Source of the DNA: Rhina ancylostomus
Lineage: Eukaryota
Direction: 5' to 3'
Assembly (NCBI GenBank): GCA_030265395.1
Contig: JARFYF010000060.1
Coordinates: forward strand, 11,494,507-11,558,506
Length of the DNA stretch: 64,000 nucleotides
The translations under genes and the position numbers were made by a program. The notes beneath the pieces were generated by a model. It saw nothing but the letters and a program-made list of their open reading frames with translations. It made no database searches and had not been told where the DNA came from. Positions 39,621 to 51,369 of the stretch are shown here, in pieces (the first letter of the stretch is position 1; every line of letters begins with the position of its first letter).

Positions 39621-42600
39621 CAGTTTTACATTGAATGGCAGTTTTGTTGATCAAGAGAATTGTACTTTTTTCCCATGAACGTAATTACCACTCATTAAAT
39701 CTTAAGTTTCTTCACTCTTTTGAACTTACATTTGATGTGTGCTTTTCTGCTGAACTGGATTATAGATTGGTTTTCACTTTGTTCTGCCCCTTACTCCAAA
39801 CCTCCGTGATACTGTTCACAAGTTATGACTTTGATCGTTTATTCTTAAATTTTTGATACAGGATCCTAGTACCTTTTGTCCTGATGGATTTAAATTCTTT
39901 TGTCTCTTAGAAGTAGGGAATCTTATAAATTGTACATGGTTTCCTCAGGGAACTTATTGTCTGGTTTCAGGTGCTTTTGATTCTTTTGTTCAAGGAATGC
40001 AAGTGCTGTTGCCAAGGGCTGCATGTATTGCCTAGCCCTACCTGTCCTTGAGAAAGTGGTGAAGTAGTGAGCTTGCTTTTGAAATAGCCTTGATGTAACC
40101 GAACAGCTCTTCAGGTAATTTCAGGGGGCAACTTAAAATTTCAGTGTTTCTAGATTCACCTGGTTCAGATGGGAGGTTTCATTTTCAAAATGATTTTAGT
40201 TGTTGTTGTGCCTTGTTGCAGCCACATCTGGTAGTTTAATGTATAGTTTTACTTTTTATTTAATTAATTGAATTTAAATTCATAGTTGCCAGGATAAGAT
40301 TTGAATTCACATCCCTGGTTAATTTCTTTCTTTTGGTAACATAACCAGCTATGCCACTTCTTGGGCATTCTCCCTGGGGTCAAGAACAACTTTCTTCATC
40401 TCCACTTCTGTGGGTTCTGAGGTATCTGATGAGGCCAATGTGGGATGGGCAGGCCCTGCCAGAGAGAGGCCTGGAGATGATTAGCAGAATGGAAGGAAGG
40501 AAGTATGAGAGGTGGTCCACTCTTTCCACTGTTTTCTTTGGGCTTCTGTCTGAAGAGACTCAAGATTCTCAGTGCCTTTTATTTCTGAATGTCATAGAGC
40601 TCTCCTCCCAATACCTTTTGAAACATTGAGGTGAAAGCAATGCATAATCCCTTTTGACACTGGAAGGGTGGAGCTCAGCAGGCAAAATGATTCTGGTGAC
40701 TTGCTTGTGAGCATAGGGCGGGTACCCAAGCATAAGGAGCCCTTCGTGTAAAAGTGTTCAACAGGACCTGATAGTGCATATTGCACTGCTGAACATGCAG
40801 TGATACCCAACGCATCACTGACTGTGACGAAGGAGTTCCAACTACACACTGAAAGTAGTTCTTTCTAATCTGTTAATGCTCAGCATTTGATGGCAGTCTT
40901 AACTACCTTCTCGGTCTCTTAATTGATCTTCTGAAAGTGGATGAAGTTGCAGCTGCACTGTATCCCATAGAATTTCAAGTGGATGTGAGCCAGGAGCTGT
41001 TAACTCAGAAATCACATCAGGACTCCGCTCTATTAGTGGGCACCCAATGGTAAATAATCAAGGGTCAATGAGGTAGCTTTTGAGGGGGCATTTGAAGATG
41101 GGCAGAGGAGTAACAAAGCAAAGGGCTGAGAGAATAAAGAGCTGGAAAAGAGATGATTTTCATCATAGTTTTGCTATCCAAGTGTTAGGCTTATTGTTGA
41201 AACAATACCAATAATATTTTGCCTTCAATTCCATTTCATATTCCTTTCCTCTCTTTCTTGTTTCCCTCTCTCCTACTGTCTCTCTTTACCCTTTTAACTC
41301 TATCCACAGGATTCCACGAAAAAGGAATTAATTATTCACAGCATGTGTATTCACATCTTGTATATTGATTAGATGACTTCTGTTTTCCTATGATTTGGCA
41401 GTCTGTTTTCAATTATAGTTCTTAAAATATAGCAACATCCAGACAGTAAGGTTATGGCAAAATATCTGCAGAATTTAAGAGTTTTGATTGAGTGACATTC
41501 CTGTAGGTGGTAGACACAACTTTGGTCAGTAGCTAAATTCTGGCAAGTACCTTTTAATTGAGTCAATATTGCATTTGGAGCAGCTTTGAAACACTTAATC
41601 CATTTAATATAACTCTGCCTACATTATACATCTTCTCCATGGATCTATGGTTTGAAATTTGAACATTTGTTTCCATTCACAGACTTAGTCCAAACACATC
41701 AAAAGGTTGTCTGAAATGAACTTTACAAATGTAAACCCAATATATATTGTCACAGCAGTGTTGCCATTTAGTCTGCACCATCACCACGTTGATCATTTTT
41801 AACTTGCTAAGCTGCTCTGATTCAAAGCACATACAGAAGCTGTGCTGTGTATTCTATATTTGTAAGGTTATATCTTGGAAGTGTTGATAGAGTAATAAAG
41901 ATAAGGCTGCCAGACAGTTTCTATAGAGAAAGGCAGATAGCATCTTCTCAACTGAACATGAAAGCTCAGAGTTTGCAGTCTGATTTACTCTTCTCCATCA
42001 GAGGTTGTGCTACAAGAAGAACTTAAATACTTCACACTGAAAGAAATAACAGCTGGTTGATGGAACAACTTTCCCACTGCTAACATACTCACCATACCAG
42101 AGGAAGTTAGGGCTAATGCATTCAGGCATAAATGAGTTTTCAACCATGTGATAAGTGATAATTACTGCAAAACAACCTATTCGGCTTTGAAAATATAATC
42201 TACATCTAGTGATTAAAATATTTTTTGAAACTTCATCTGCTTTTAAAACTCTGAGACAGTCTGTGGTCTAATTAGGAAGCCTGCAGAGGACTTGAAATTT
42301 TCTGGAGTCATAGATAGCAAAGGAGGTTGTCTAAGGATTCAGCAGGACATAGAACAGCTAGAAAGTTGGGCAGATTGGTGGCAGATGTTTGGACAAGAGT
42401 GAGGTAATGCACACTTCGGGAAGTCGCATTCTGGTAGAATACATGGCAGGGACCTCAGGAGCATTGATGACCTTGGATGCAAGACCATAGTTCCCTGAAA
42501 GTGTTGGCACAGATGGATAGGGTAGTGAAGAAGGCATTTGTTCTGACCGCCTACATAGGCCAAGGCACGAATTGTAAGAGTTGGGACATCATGTTGCAAC

Positions 42601-43188
42601 TGTTCAAAACACTGGTGAGGCCATACCTGGAGTACTGTGTACAGTTCTGGTCATCACATGGTAGGAAGGATAAAATTGCAGTAGAAAGGGTACAGAAGAG
42701 ATTCACGAGTATGTTTTTTAAAAAAAAAGCAATGAGTTGAGAAGCATCGGTGGAGAGAAAGGGAGTTGTTGACGTTCTGGACTGGGACCCTGCATCGGGG
42801 TCTGAATGCAGGGTTTCAACCGGAATTTCGACAATTCCTTTTCCCTCCACAGATGCTGCTTGGCCAGCTGAGTTCTTCCAGCAGTGTTGTTGCTTTTGCA
42901 GCAGCTTCCGATATTTGCAGTCACCAAGATGTCGCCTGTAGAATGGAGGACCCCAGTTATAAAGAGAGATTGGATAGGTTGGGTTTGTTCTCACTGGAAC
43001 ATAGGAAGCTGAGGGATGACAGGTTTATAAAATTATGAGGGGTATTGGTAGGGTAGATAGATAGGTAGTTCTTTTTCCCAGGGCGGGAGAGTCTAGAACT
43101 AGAGGACACATATTTAAGGTGAGAGGGAGAAATTTGAAGGAGGTCTGAGGGGTAAGTTTTTCCCACAGAGTGCAGAGGTTGTCTAGAA

Positions 43189-44670
43189 CACAGGTTTTCA
43201 AGCTGTGGTCCGCGGACCCCCAGGGGTCTGCGGCAGGTTGACGGGATCCACCAGCAAGCCAAGAAAAAATGGACAAGTGACCTGTTACAAAGACGTAGCT
43301 TACTTGCTTGCTACAGTTTTCCACTATGCAGAAAATCAGCCATATCTATTCTATCAGTTATAGGGGACAATCTTAGAGACTTAGACAGTGTTCCCTTTCG
43401 GTAAGCTGCCGCTTAATATTGCATTTGTGTAGTCAGTAGTGGAAGTCGCTACTATTCTGTTGTGCCCTGTAGTGTTAGCAAGACTGAGTGCCGTTGTTGG
43501 TGTGCCTTAATAATATTGCTTACTTACCATGCATTAACGCCACAGTGACGTCATTGTTAAACGAAAAGTGCGCAAGCGTGTAAATTTTAGATTAGTTTTG
43601 ACCATTTTGTTTATCAGTAGTAGTAATTAAACTGTCTAGCGTGTATTGCTGAGTATGGAGAAATTTCTGAAGAGAAAAGCTGACCAGAAACCAGAAGATT
43701 CTGATGACGAAGGGGTTAAGGGTTACCGAAAGAGAAAACAGTGCAAATACGATCCGGAATACCTTTCGTATGACTTCATCGCAGTGGGGACAAATGCGGA
43801 CCGACCTCTCTGTGTTGTGTGTTTTCAAACACTGTCCAATGATGCAATGAAACCAATGAAATTGAAGCACCATTTAACAACAGTGCATCCAGATATTGCC
43901 AGTTAGCGGAAGGAATATTTTGAGCGGCAAAAGGAGCCGTACCTCAAGCAGAAAGGCAAAATGACTGCCTGCGCCACTGTAAATGAGAAGGCCCTTCGTG
44001 CATCATATTTGGTAGCATTACGTATAGCACGTTCCAGAAAGCCTCACACGATTGGAGAAGAGCTTATACTGCCTGCAGCAGTAGATATGTGCGAAGTTGG
44101 ACTGGGAAAAGAATCCAGTCAAAAACTGAGAGCCATTCCACTGTGTGATAACACAGTGAGCAGAAGAATTGGCGATATGGCAGATGTACGGAGCTANNNN
44201 NNNNNNNNNNNNNNNNNNNNNNNNNNNNNNNNNNNNNNNNNNNNNNNNNNNNNNNNNNNNNNNNNNNNNNNNNNNNNNNNNNNNNNNNNNNNNNNNGCAA
44301 AGCCATCAAGGTTCTGTTACCATTTGCAACCACTTACTTGTGCAAAACAGCATTTTCTGCAGTCACTGCCATGAAAACCAAATACAGATCAAGACATACT
44401 GACATATTGAGGATGACATGCACGTATGTTTGTCACACATACCATCACGTTTGGACAAACTCTGCAGTGCAAAACAGGCACAACCTTCACATTGAACTGA
44501 ACACTGAAAGACACCGCTGGTGATTATTGGTGATTGACGGGCCCATGTGCAGTAATTTAAGTGTTGTATGCACGAATTATTGATTGTTTGATTTTGTGGG
44601 CTTTGGGGGTCTGCCATCTAACAAGGACATGTTCTGGGGGCTGCAGCATGAAAAAGGTTAAAGACCACTG
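43189..44670 (+). mobile_element. hAT transposon, Buster/Charlie family
   Basis: Perfect 8-bp TSD gtctagaa (43181-43188 and 44671-44678) fitting the NTCTAGAN preference. Imperfect TIRs: cacaggttttcaagct on the left and cagtggtctttaacct (reverse complement) on the right. Confidence 0.93.
43655..44495 (+). pseudogene. Buster/Charlie transposase remnant (ZBED5/FAM200-like family)
   Basis: Zn-finger PLCVVC..KPMKLKHHL..H, then ASYLVALRIARSRKPHTIGEELILPAA and DNTVSRRI. C-terminal LLPFATTYLCKTAFS..KTKYRSR..AQPSH*. In-frame stop at 43904-43906. The centre is hidden by an N gap. Confidence 0.9.
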
Positions 44671-45164
44671 GTCTAGAATGAGCTGCCAGAGAAGGTGACA
44701 GATACAATTACAGCATTTAAAAGGCATTTGGGCAAGTATTTTGCACAGAATAGGAAAGGCACACAAGGATACAGGCCTAATGGAGGCAAATAGGGCCCAT
44801 TTCTATTCTGTATGATTCTGTGATATGGCCCGAAATTATTTCACTTGCTGTATGTATTTTATACCTTGTACTTTCTACGCATGAGGATTCTTCAGTCTGA
44901 TTGGCTGAAGATCATTTGTCCTTACCACAAATTATCGCAGATCTCCTCTTGTGGGTACAGGCTGGATTAGAGCAAGTTTTTTTTTCTCTCTGTGAATGCA
45001 CTGAAAGTTTTGGGGACAGCTGGCAACAAAACGAGCATTGTTTCCACACTGCTGATTTTTGAATTTCAGCCTTGCGTTACAGAATATATAACAGAAACCT
45101 GAAACAATTTTTCACCATTGAACTATTCCCTTTCATTGCAGTTTTCTCCACTTGGTCTACAGTC

Positions 45165-45234
45165 ATGGTTGCATTACAAGGCACCATCTACATTGTGATA
45201 TTCTCGGTATTCCTACCAAAAGGAAATTCAGAGA
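45165..45234 (+). CDS. IgV-GPI gene coding exon 1: signal peptide MVALQGTIYIVIFSVFLPKGNSE (exon starts at 45142)
   Basis: Acceptor ccctttcattgcag, ATG in gtcATGg context, hydrophobic core, and phase-1 donor A|gtaagt that joins in frame to the V exon. Confidence 0.85.
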
Positions 45235-45645
45235 GTAAGTATTGAGTTAATGCAACTGATGAATCAAATTGGATTGATGAATATTCTTATTTTGAGTTGT
45301 TGTATTTACTGACAGTGATATTCGTTTCAGAGCTATGCAGCTAATTCCTTATTTATAGAGAATCCATTCAATGACGAACCAACACAAGCAATATTCAGCA
45401 TTTCCGCAGAGCAGCATCAGCTTGGCTTGCCTTTGGTCATTTGGCCACGGACTAGAATTCCCCTTCTCACATCATCGAAATTAACGCTTCAGTGCAGGAA
45501 ATGCTAGATTTCAGCTCCGATTCTCTGAACCAGCACCAAAGCAACAGATTAAACAGTCACCAATTTCAGTTGGTCTGTGTTGTAAGCTGTAACTAGGCTC
45601 TTGAATTCCAGCAATTGAAATTAGTTAATTTGATTAGAGATGGAT

Positions 45646-47565
45646 GAATCAGGATCAGATTTATTATCACTGACGTATGTTGTGAAATTTGTTCTTTTGC
45701 GATAGCAGTACAGTGCAAGACATAAAGACATAAAAATCACCATAAGTTACAAAAATAATAAATAGTGCAAAAGAGTGTTCATGGGTTCATGGACCATTCA
45801 GAAAACTGATGGCGGAGGAGAAGAAGCTGTTCCTGAAACGTTGAGTGTGGGTCTTCAGACTCCTGTACTTCCTAATGGTAGTAACATGAAGAGGGCATGT
45901 CCTGGATGTTGAGGGTCCTTAATGTGGGATGCTGCCTTCTTGAGACACCGCCTCTTGAAGATGTCCTTGATGGCAGGGAGGGACATCCCTTCCTTCCGAT
46001 AAGGAAGTCGAGGATCCAGTGACAGAGGGAGGGTACAGAAGCCCAGGCTTTGAAGCTTGTTGAATAGTACTGAGGGGATGATGGTACTGAACACCGAGCT
46101 GTAATCGATAAACAGCAGGCTGATATACCTATGTTTTGCTGTTGTCTAGGTGCTTGAAAGCAGAGTGGAGAGCCAGTGAGATTGCATCCACTGTAGACCT
46201 GTTGTGGCAGTAGGCAAATTGCAGCAGGTCCAGGTCCTTGCTCAGGCGGGAGTTAATGCTAGCCATGACCAACCTCTCAAAGCACTTCATCACAGTAGGT
46301 ATGAGTGCTACTGGGTGATAGTCATTGAGGCAGCTCACCCTGCTCTTCTTGGGCACCGGTATGATTGATGCCCTTTAGAAGCAGGTGGGAACCTCCAACT
46401 GCAGCAGTGAGAGATTGAAGATGTCCTTGAACACTCCAGCCAGTTAGTTGGCACAGATTATCAATACCTTACTAGGTACACAATCAGGGCCTGACGCCTT
46501 GTGAGGGTTCACCCTTTTGATGTTCTCATGTCAGCCTCCAAGACAGAGATCAGAGTTGCCCGATGCCGTGGGGATTCACAGGTGTAGTGTTATTCTCCCT
46601 TTCAAAGGGTGCAGAAAAGGCGTTGAGCTCATCTGGGAGTGAAGCATTGCTGCCATGTTAGGTTTGGTCTTATAAGAAGTAATGGCTTGCAAACCCTGCC
46701 ACAGCTGTCGTGCATCCAATTGTTTCTCTAACTTCACTCGGGGTTGCCTTTTTGCTCTCATGATGGCCTTCCATAGGTCATACCTGGACTTCTTGTAGGG
46801 TTCTGGATCACCGGTCTTGAACGCCACTGATCTAGCCCTCAGCAGACTGTGAATCTCCTGGTTCATCCAGGGCTTCTGGTTCGGAAAAACTCGACGGCAC
46901 ACCTCATCCCCGCAGGTCTTGATGGAGCTGGTGGCAACTGTGGCATATTAATTCAGATCTGAAGATGAACCCCTGAATGTGGTCCAGTCTACTGATTCAA
47001 AGCAGTCCTGTAAACGCTCTTCAACCTCCCTTGACCAGACCTTCACAGTCCTCGCCACTGATACTGCGGTCTTCAGTCTCTGTGTGTATGTCAGGAGTAG
47101 ACGTGCAGCCAGGTGATCAGACTTGCCAAAGTGTGGGCGCGGGATGGCATGGTAAGTGTTCTTAATGGTGGTGTAGCAGTGATCAAGTGTATTGGCTCCT
47201 CTGGTTCTGCAAGTGACACATTGGTGGTAGTTTGTCAGAGACTTCTTCAAGCTGGCCTGGTTGAAGACCCCATGATGATTGGGAAGGTCTCGTGACTGTT
47301 GATCACGGTGCTCAGCTCCTCCAGTGCCAGCTTGTCATTTGCCAGGGATGGAATGTACACCGCTACCAGGATGGTGACAGAGAACTCCCTCGGCAGATAA
47401 AACAGACAACACTTGTTCGCCTGATGTTCCAGGTTGCGGCAGCGGGACAGTGACAGAACCACTGTGTCTGTGCACCACGATGAGTTAATAATGAAGCAAA
47501 TGCCACTGCCTCTGCCTTTGCCTCTGCCTTTGCCTCTGCCTTTGCCTCTGCCTTTGCCTCTGCCT
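45646..47565 (-). mobile_element. Rex1/Babar LINE, 5'-truncated and internally deleted
   Basis: EN remnants TLDHCYT and FGKSDH. Also [27 protein letters not shown] and LQFAY..NRST.DAI. The sequence then jumps to IKDPQHPGHALF. 3' tail aataaatctgatcctgattc. Confidence 0.9.
47507..47565. repeat. 12-bp tandem repeat (tgcctctgcctt), about 5 copies, at the 5' end of the Rex1 copy
   Basis: Read directly. Encodes GKGR repeats continuing the element's own GKGRGSGICF motif. Confidence 0.9.
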
Positions 47566-48158
47566 AAAATGCCACAAGGATATGAAAGCTGGAAATGCAA
47601 AATCTTTTCAGGATCATTTTAAACAAATTACCTCTCAAGCATCTGCTTTGGTTCAATGCTATTGTTGCAATGATCACAGGATAGGAAAATGTTGTCAAGG
47701 CAGTTTTTCATGGTTTGCTTGCTCACAGCGTCATTTGTACCAATTGCAATTTAGTATTTGTTAGTTTTGAATCTGCTGTTGAAAATTTGGCTAGAATTAA
47801 TTGATTTTTTTTTTATAACTCCATATTTCTACAAATAGAACAACTGTCGATGCTTTGGGTCAAAATCCTGCATCAGGACAAAATGGGATATTGGATTACC
47901 TTGCAATCATTGTTATAAATGAGCTGTTTCAGTGCAAGATGGTAAATTAATATTTTTCAGCTTTTTTATTATTTTTACCACTGCTTACTGATGAAGGAAG
48001 TTATTGTGGTGTTTAAAAAAAGTTCCTCTCTGAGAAGGCATAGATGAAAAATCAGTGCTTTTCTATTTTAGGGATGGTTTCAAAGGGATAATGTAGTATT
48101 TGTTAGGTTCCAGGAAGATGCTCGGCTTAAAAACTCAGCCCTACTTAAATGATGAAGT

Positions 48159-48820
48159 AGATTAGAGTTACAAACATGGAATAATTTTATTTAATTTACA
48201 ATTCATGGAAACAAACATTCAGAATATTGAAAAATATTTAAACAAAATTGAGGGCAAATTTGAAGTGGAAGTCAAAGAAACTGAATTATTGGAGTCGAGT
48301 TCTTTGCAAATATGTTACCACTTTGCACATATACAGAGCTGTGTTTTCTACCCCAACCTGAATTAAGGAAATATAAATTATTTTAAAATTCGATGTTGTG
48401 TTTGGTCCATGTGAGAGAATGGATCACTTCCAATTTTAAATTTCATACAGTTATATCAAAATGATTTTATACGACATTGAATGCAGAATGAAGCCTAACT
48501 AAGTGACTCAGGCCGAAGNNNNNNNNNNNNNNNNNNNNNNNNNNNNNNNNNNNNNNNNNNNNNNNNNNNNNNNNNNNNNNNNNNNNNNNNNNNNNNNNNN
48601 NNNNNNNNNNNNNNNNNNTAGATTTGTTCTGGTATGAAATTGGGTCGAATTTGACAGTAACATATTTGCAAAGAACTGTGCTCCAGTAATTCATTTCTGT
48701 TGACTTCCTTTGGAAATTTCTACTCAATTATGTTTAAATAATTTTCAATATTCTGAATGTTCATCTGCTTCCACTAATTGCAAATTGAATAAAATCATTC
48801 CATGCTATTTACTCCAATCG
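48159..48820. mobile_element. Foldback/MITE-like element with ~160-bp inverted arms
   Basis: 48159-48318 is the imperfect reverse complement of 48657-48820, e.g. agttctttgcaaatatgttac / gtaacatatttgcaaagaact and aacattcagaatattgaaaa / ttttcaatattctgaatgtt. Confidence 0.8.
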
Positions 48821-49675
48821 AGTTCTCACGATTCTTTGGGCAGGTCCATTCGTTTAAATTTTTCATGACTTGACTCATCCAATGTCTCTCTCCTTGTCTC
48901 TCCCACGCATCCTTTCGTGACCTTCCCAGTGCCCTCTCTCACACTTCACATTTTCTCTCCTCTTGCTCTCACTCTCCTCTAACACTCTTGCTGCTTTCTC
49001 TCCCTTCTCCCTCATCACTCACTCCCTCACCCTCCCTGGTTGTTCACACTCCATTACTCTCACTCACTATCTCTGCCAGCCCTTTTCTTTCATTTTTCAT
49101 CGAGCTAGATATTGCTGAGGATTTGATTAAAGGTCAACATGTGACAAGCCACAAATGACCTGCCTGAATCAATTCAGTTGCATGATTTAATGTTGTGGAA
49201 TTTGCGCTCATGGGATTCTAAATTGTATAGTGTGTGAAAGCACATGCTAAAATGTTGCAGCACAGATGACCCACACTAATCTTGTTCTCAGGTGTAAAGC
49301 AATAATTATTTTGCACAAGAACTGTGTTTTGTAAGCATCATGAGTCCTGGATCTTCAGCTCGGTTGCATGTTTCACCCCACACCCAGCTTTACCAATTGT
49401 TGTGAGAAATCAAACATATCTTGGAGGAATCACAACAAGAAGTATTTGGTCCAATTTCTTCATCAGCAGGACACAACAGGAAACAGGCACTAACACTTTG
49501 AAATATGCCCCAATGTTTTACATTCAGTTTTGGGCTTCTGTGACAAGTAATAAATGAAGAATGTTAAATTCCAGTTCTTGTTTTTTGTACATCAGTTGAT
49601 CATACAAACCCATGAATGACATAAGGGTATTTTCAAATGCTGAATATGTTTCTTTATGCATTTGTTTTTAAACAG

Positions 49676-49975
49676 CTATTAAGCATTTAACCGTGAATCT
49701 GACAGCTGGCAGTCAGGGATCACTGAAGTGTCCCCACCCATTGACGATTAACAATAAACCATTCAGTGTGTACTGGAGAAAGGGATCTGAAACGTTTTGC
49801 TATGAAAACGGCAAAGAACTACTCCATTGTGAAGGCTTTCAACATGAGATAACTAAAGAAGAAATTATATTAACCATTCCAAAAGTGAATGACTCAGATA
49901 CCGGAAGCTACATTTGCCATGTGAACACTGAAAATGAGAGTTTTGAATGCAGAATTGAACTGCGTTTAATAACTG
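49676..49975 (+). CDS. IgV-GPI gene coding exon 2: V-set immunoglobulin domain
   Basis: 300-nt phase 1-1 exon (tttttaaacag| ... G|gtagg). B-strand Cys (SLKC), C-strand Trp (VYWRK) and DTGSYIC F-strand motif. Three extra Cys and three N-glycosylation sequons (NLT, NDS, NES). Confidence 0.93.
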
Positions 49976-50280
49976 GTAGGTTCTTTTAAATACTGGTGTT
50001 GGTTTTGTGTATCTTTTGAATCAAATAGTCAGGCAAAACAAAGTACTTAAGTTGTGATTCTTAATATATGGGAAATATTTTGCTTTGGCAGTAAATCCAT
50101 TCTTTTACATGTCTTTTATGCATTGGCTCCTGCTGTCTGGCTGGATTCCTGTACTGAAAAGTGTTCTTTATGTTTCCTCAAACTCAAAGCAATTCTTGCT
50201 TACTGACTGTTGCCAAGCTTCAATTGAGTACTTCAGCAGTGACCAGAATGACCTCAGAAAGTTTCTGTTCTTTAAATGGC

Positions 50281-50560
50281 TGGCACAGTAGCACAGCAGG
50301 TAGTGCAGCAGCTCCAGTGACCAATGTTTGATCCTAATCTCTGGTGCTATCTGTGTGGCGTTTGCATTTCTCTCTGTGTGGGCTTCCCCCAAATGCTCCA
50401 GTTTCCTTAGACAGCCCAAAGACAGCTGGAAGGTTAATTGACTAATGTGAATTACTCCAAGTATAGGTGGGCAGTAGGAGGATCAGCAGGGAGTGAAAGG
50501 GCATCTGAGAGAGAACAAGTGACGAGGAGTAGGTAGGGGAATTGCCCTGAGAGCTGAAAG
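50281..50560 (+). mobile_element. V-SINE (HE1-like)
   Basis: tRNA-like head ggcacagtagcacagcaggtagtgc and V-domain ctgtgtggcgtttgcat..ctccagtttcct..cccaaagac..ggttaattg. Confidence 0.75.
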
Positions 50561-51134
50561 TCCTCCTGTGTTGTTTGGAAATATGAAATACAATGCAAAG
50601 TGTTTGCAAGGCACAAAATTATATATTGAATTACTTGGAGAGTTAAAAACACTTTCAATCTCTTAGCCTGGTTTTGACCTGGCAAGAAATTTTAGTACTA
50701 AAGTTGCACAATAAATGGCATCATGGTGGAACAACAGTTGAGCTAGTGGAGTAGCAACTCCAAAGCCAGAGGCCTGCACTAACAATTGAGAGACCAGAGT
50801 CCAAATCCCACCAGGGCAGCTGTGGGGTTTAAATTCAGTTAATCTTGAATTTTGAGAAAACTAGTCAGGAGTAATGATGACCACAAAACTACAGGATTGG
50901 AATAAAAAAAACATCTGACTCCCTGATTCCCTTCAATGGAGGAAGCCCAACTCATCTCTGACTCCAGACACATAGCAAGGTCCAAAACCCCTACTGAGGC
51001 TGGAGCAGAGAAACAATGAAATCAGATGGACCAATGACCCAGGATCTAAATTCTAACATGGCAAAGCTTTCCCCAGTCCAGTCAAGAAGTCCCCTTTGTA
51101 AAATATCTGGACACCAAGGTCTAAATTGAGATAG

Positions 51135-51369
51135 TGTAGCAACCCGTACTCAAGCGTTTCGAACCACCATCGGTGGCCACGGACGAACGCGCAGGGGCAT
51201 GGCGCGATCTGACTGCGGGGCGGCCGGCGGGGACCTGACGTTACGTCCGCCGAAGAGGCCCTCAGGTATTTTTACGCGCGCGCCTTTTGTTTTAGTCAGT
51301 AAAGTGTGCTTTGCTCCAGCCTCCACGTCTCCGGGTTTTCCTTTTGAAAATGCGCCGCATACGGCTACA
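51135..51369 (+). mobile_element. Short CpG-rich solo LTR (Gypsy-type), 235 bp
   Basis: TGTAGC...GCTACA inverted termini and an AGTAAA signal at about 51298. Flanks atag/ataa form a near-TSD. It interrupts an older LINE-like sequence. Confidence 0.75.

Larger units (their letters stand above)
42290..44825 (+). mobile_element. CR1 LINE 3' portion carrying nested Penelope-derived (about 42720-42935) and hAT insertions
   Basis: LQLFKTLVRPYLEYCVQFWS..AVERVQKRFT, then YKERLDRLGLFSLE, then SRTRGHIFKVRG. It resumes after 44670 as gtctagaatgagctgccagagaagg. Confidence 0.88.

Noticed and set aside
43655-44495. Domesticated ZBED5/FAM200-type host gene
   Set aside because: It has TIRs, a TSD, an in-frame stop and frameshifts, so it is a transposon copy.
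49676-49975. Antigen-receptor V segment (Ig, TCR or IgNAR)
   Set aside because: No heptamer/nonamer RSS follows it. The exon includes its own G strand and ends in a splice donor.
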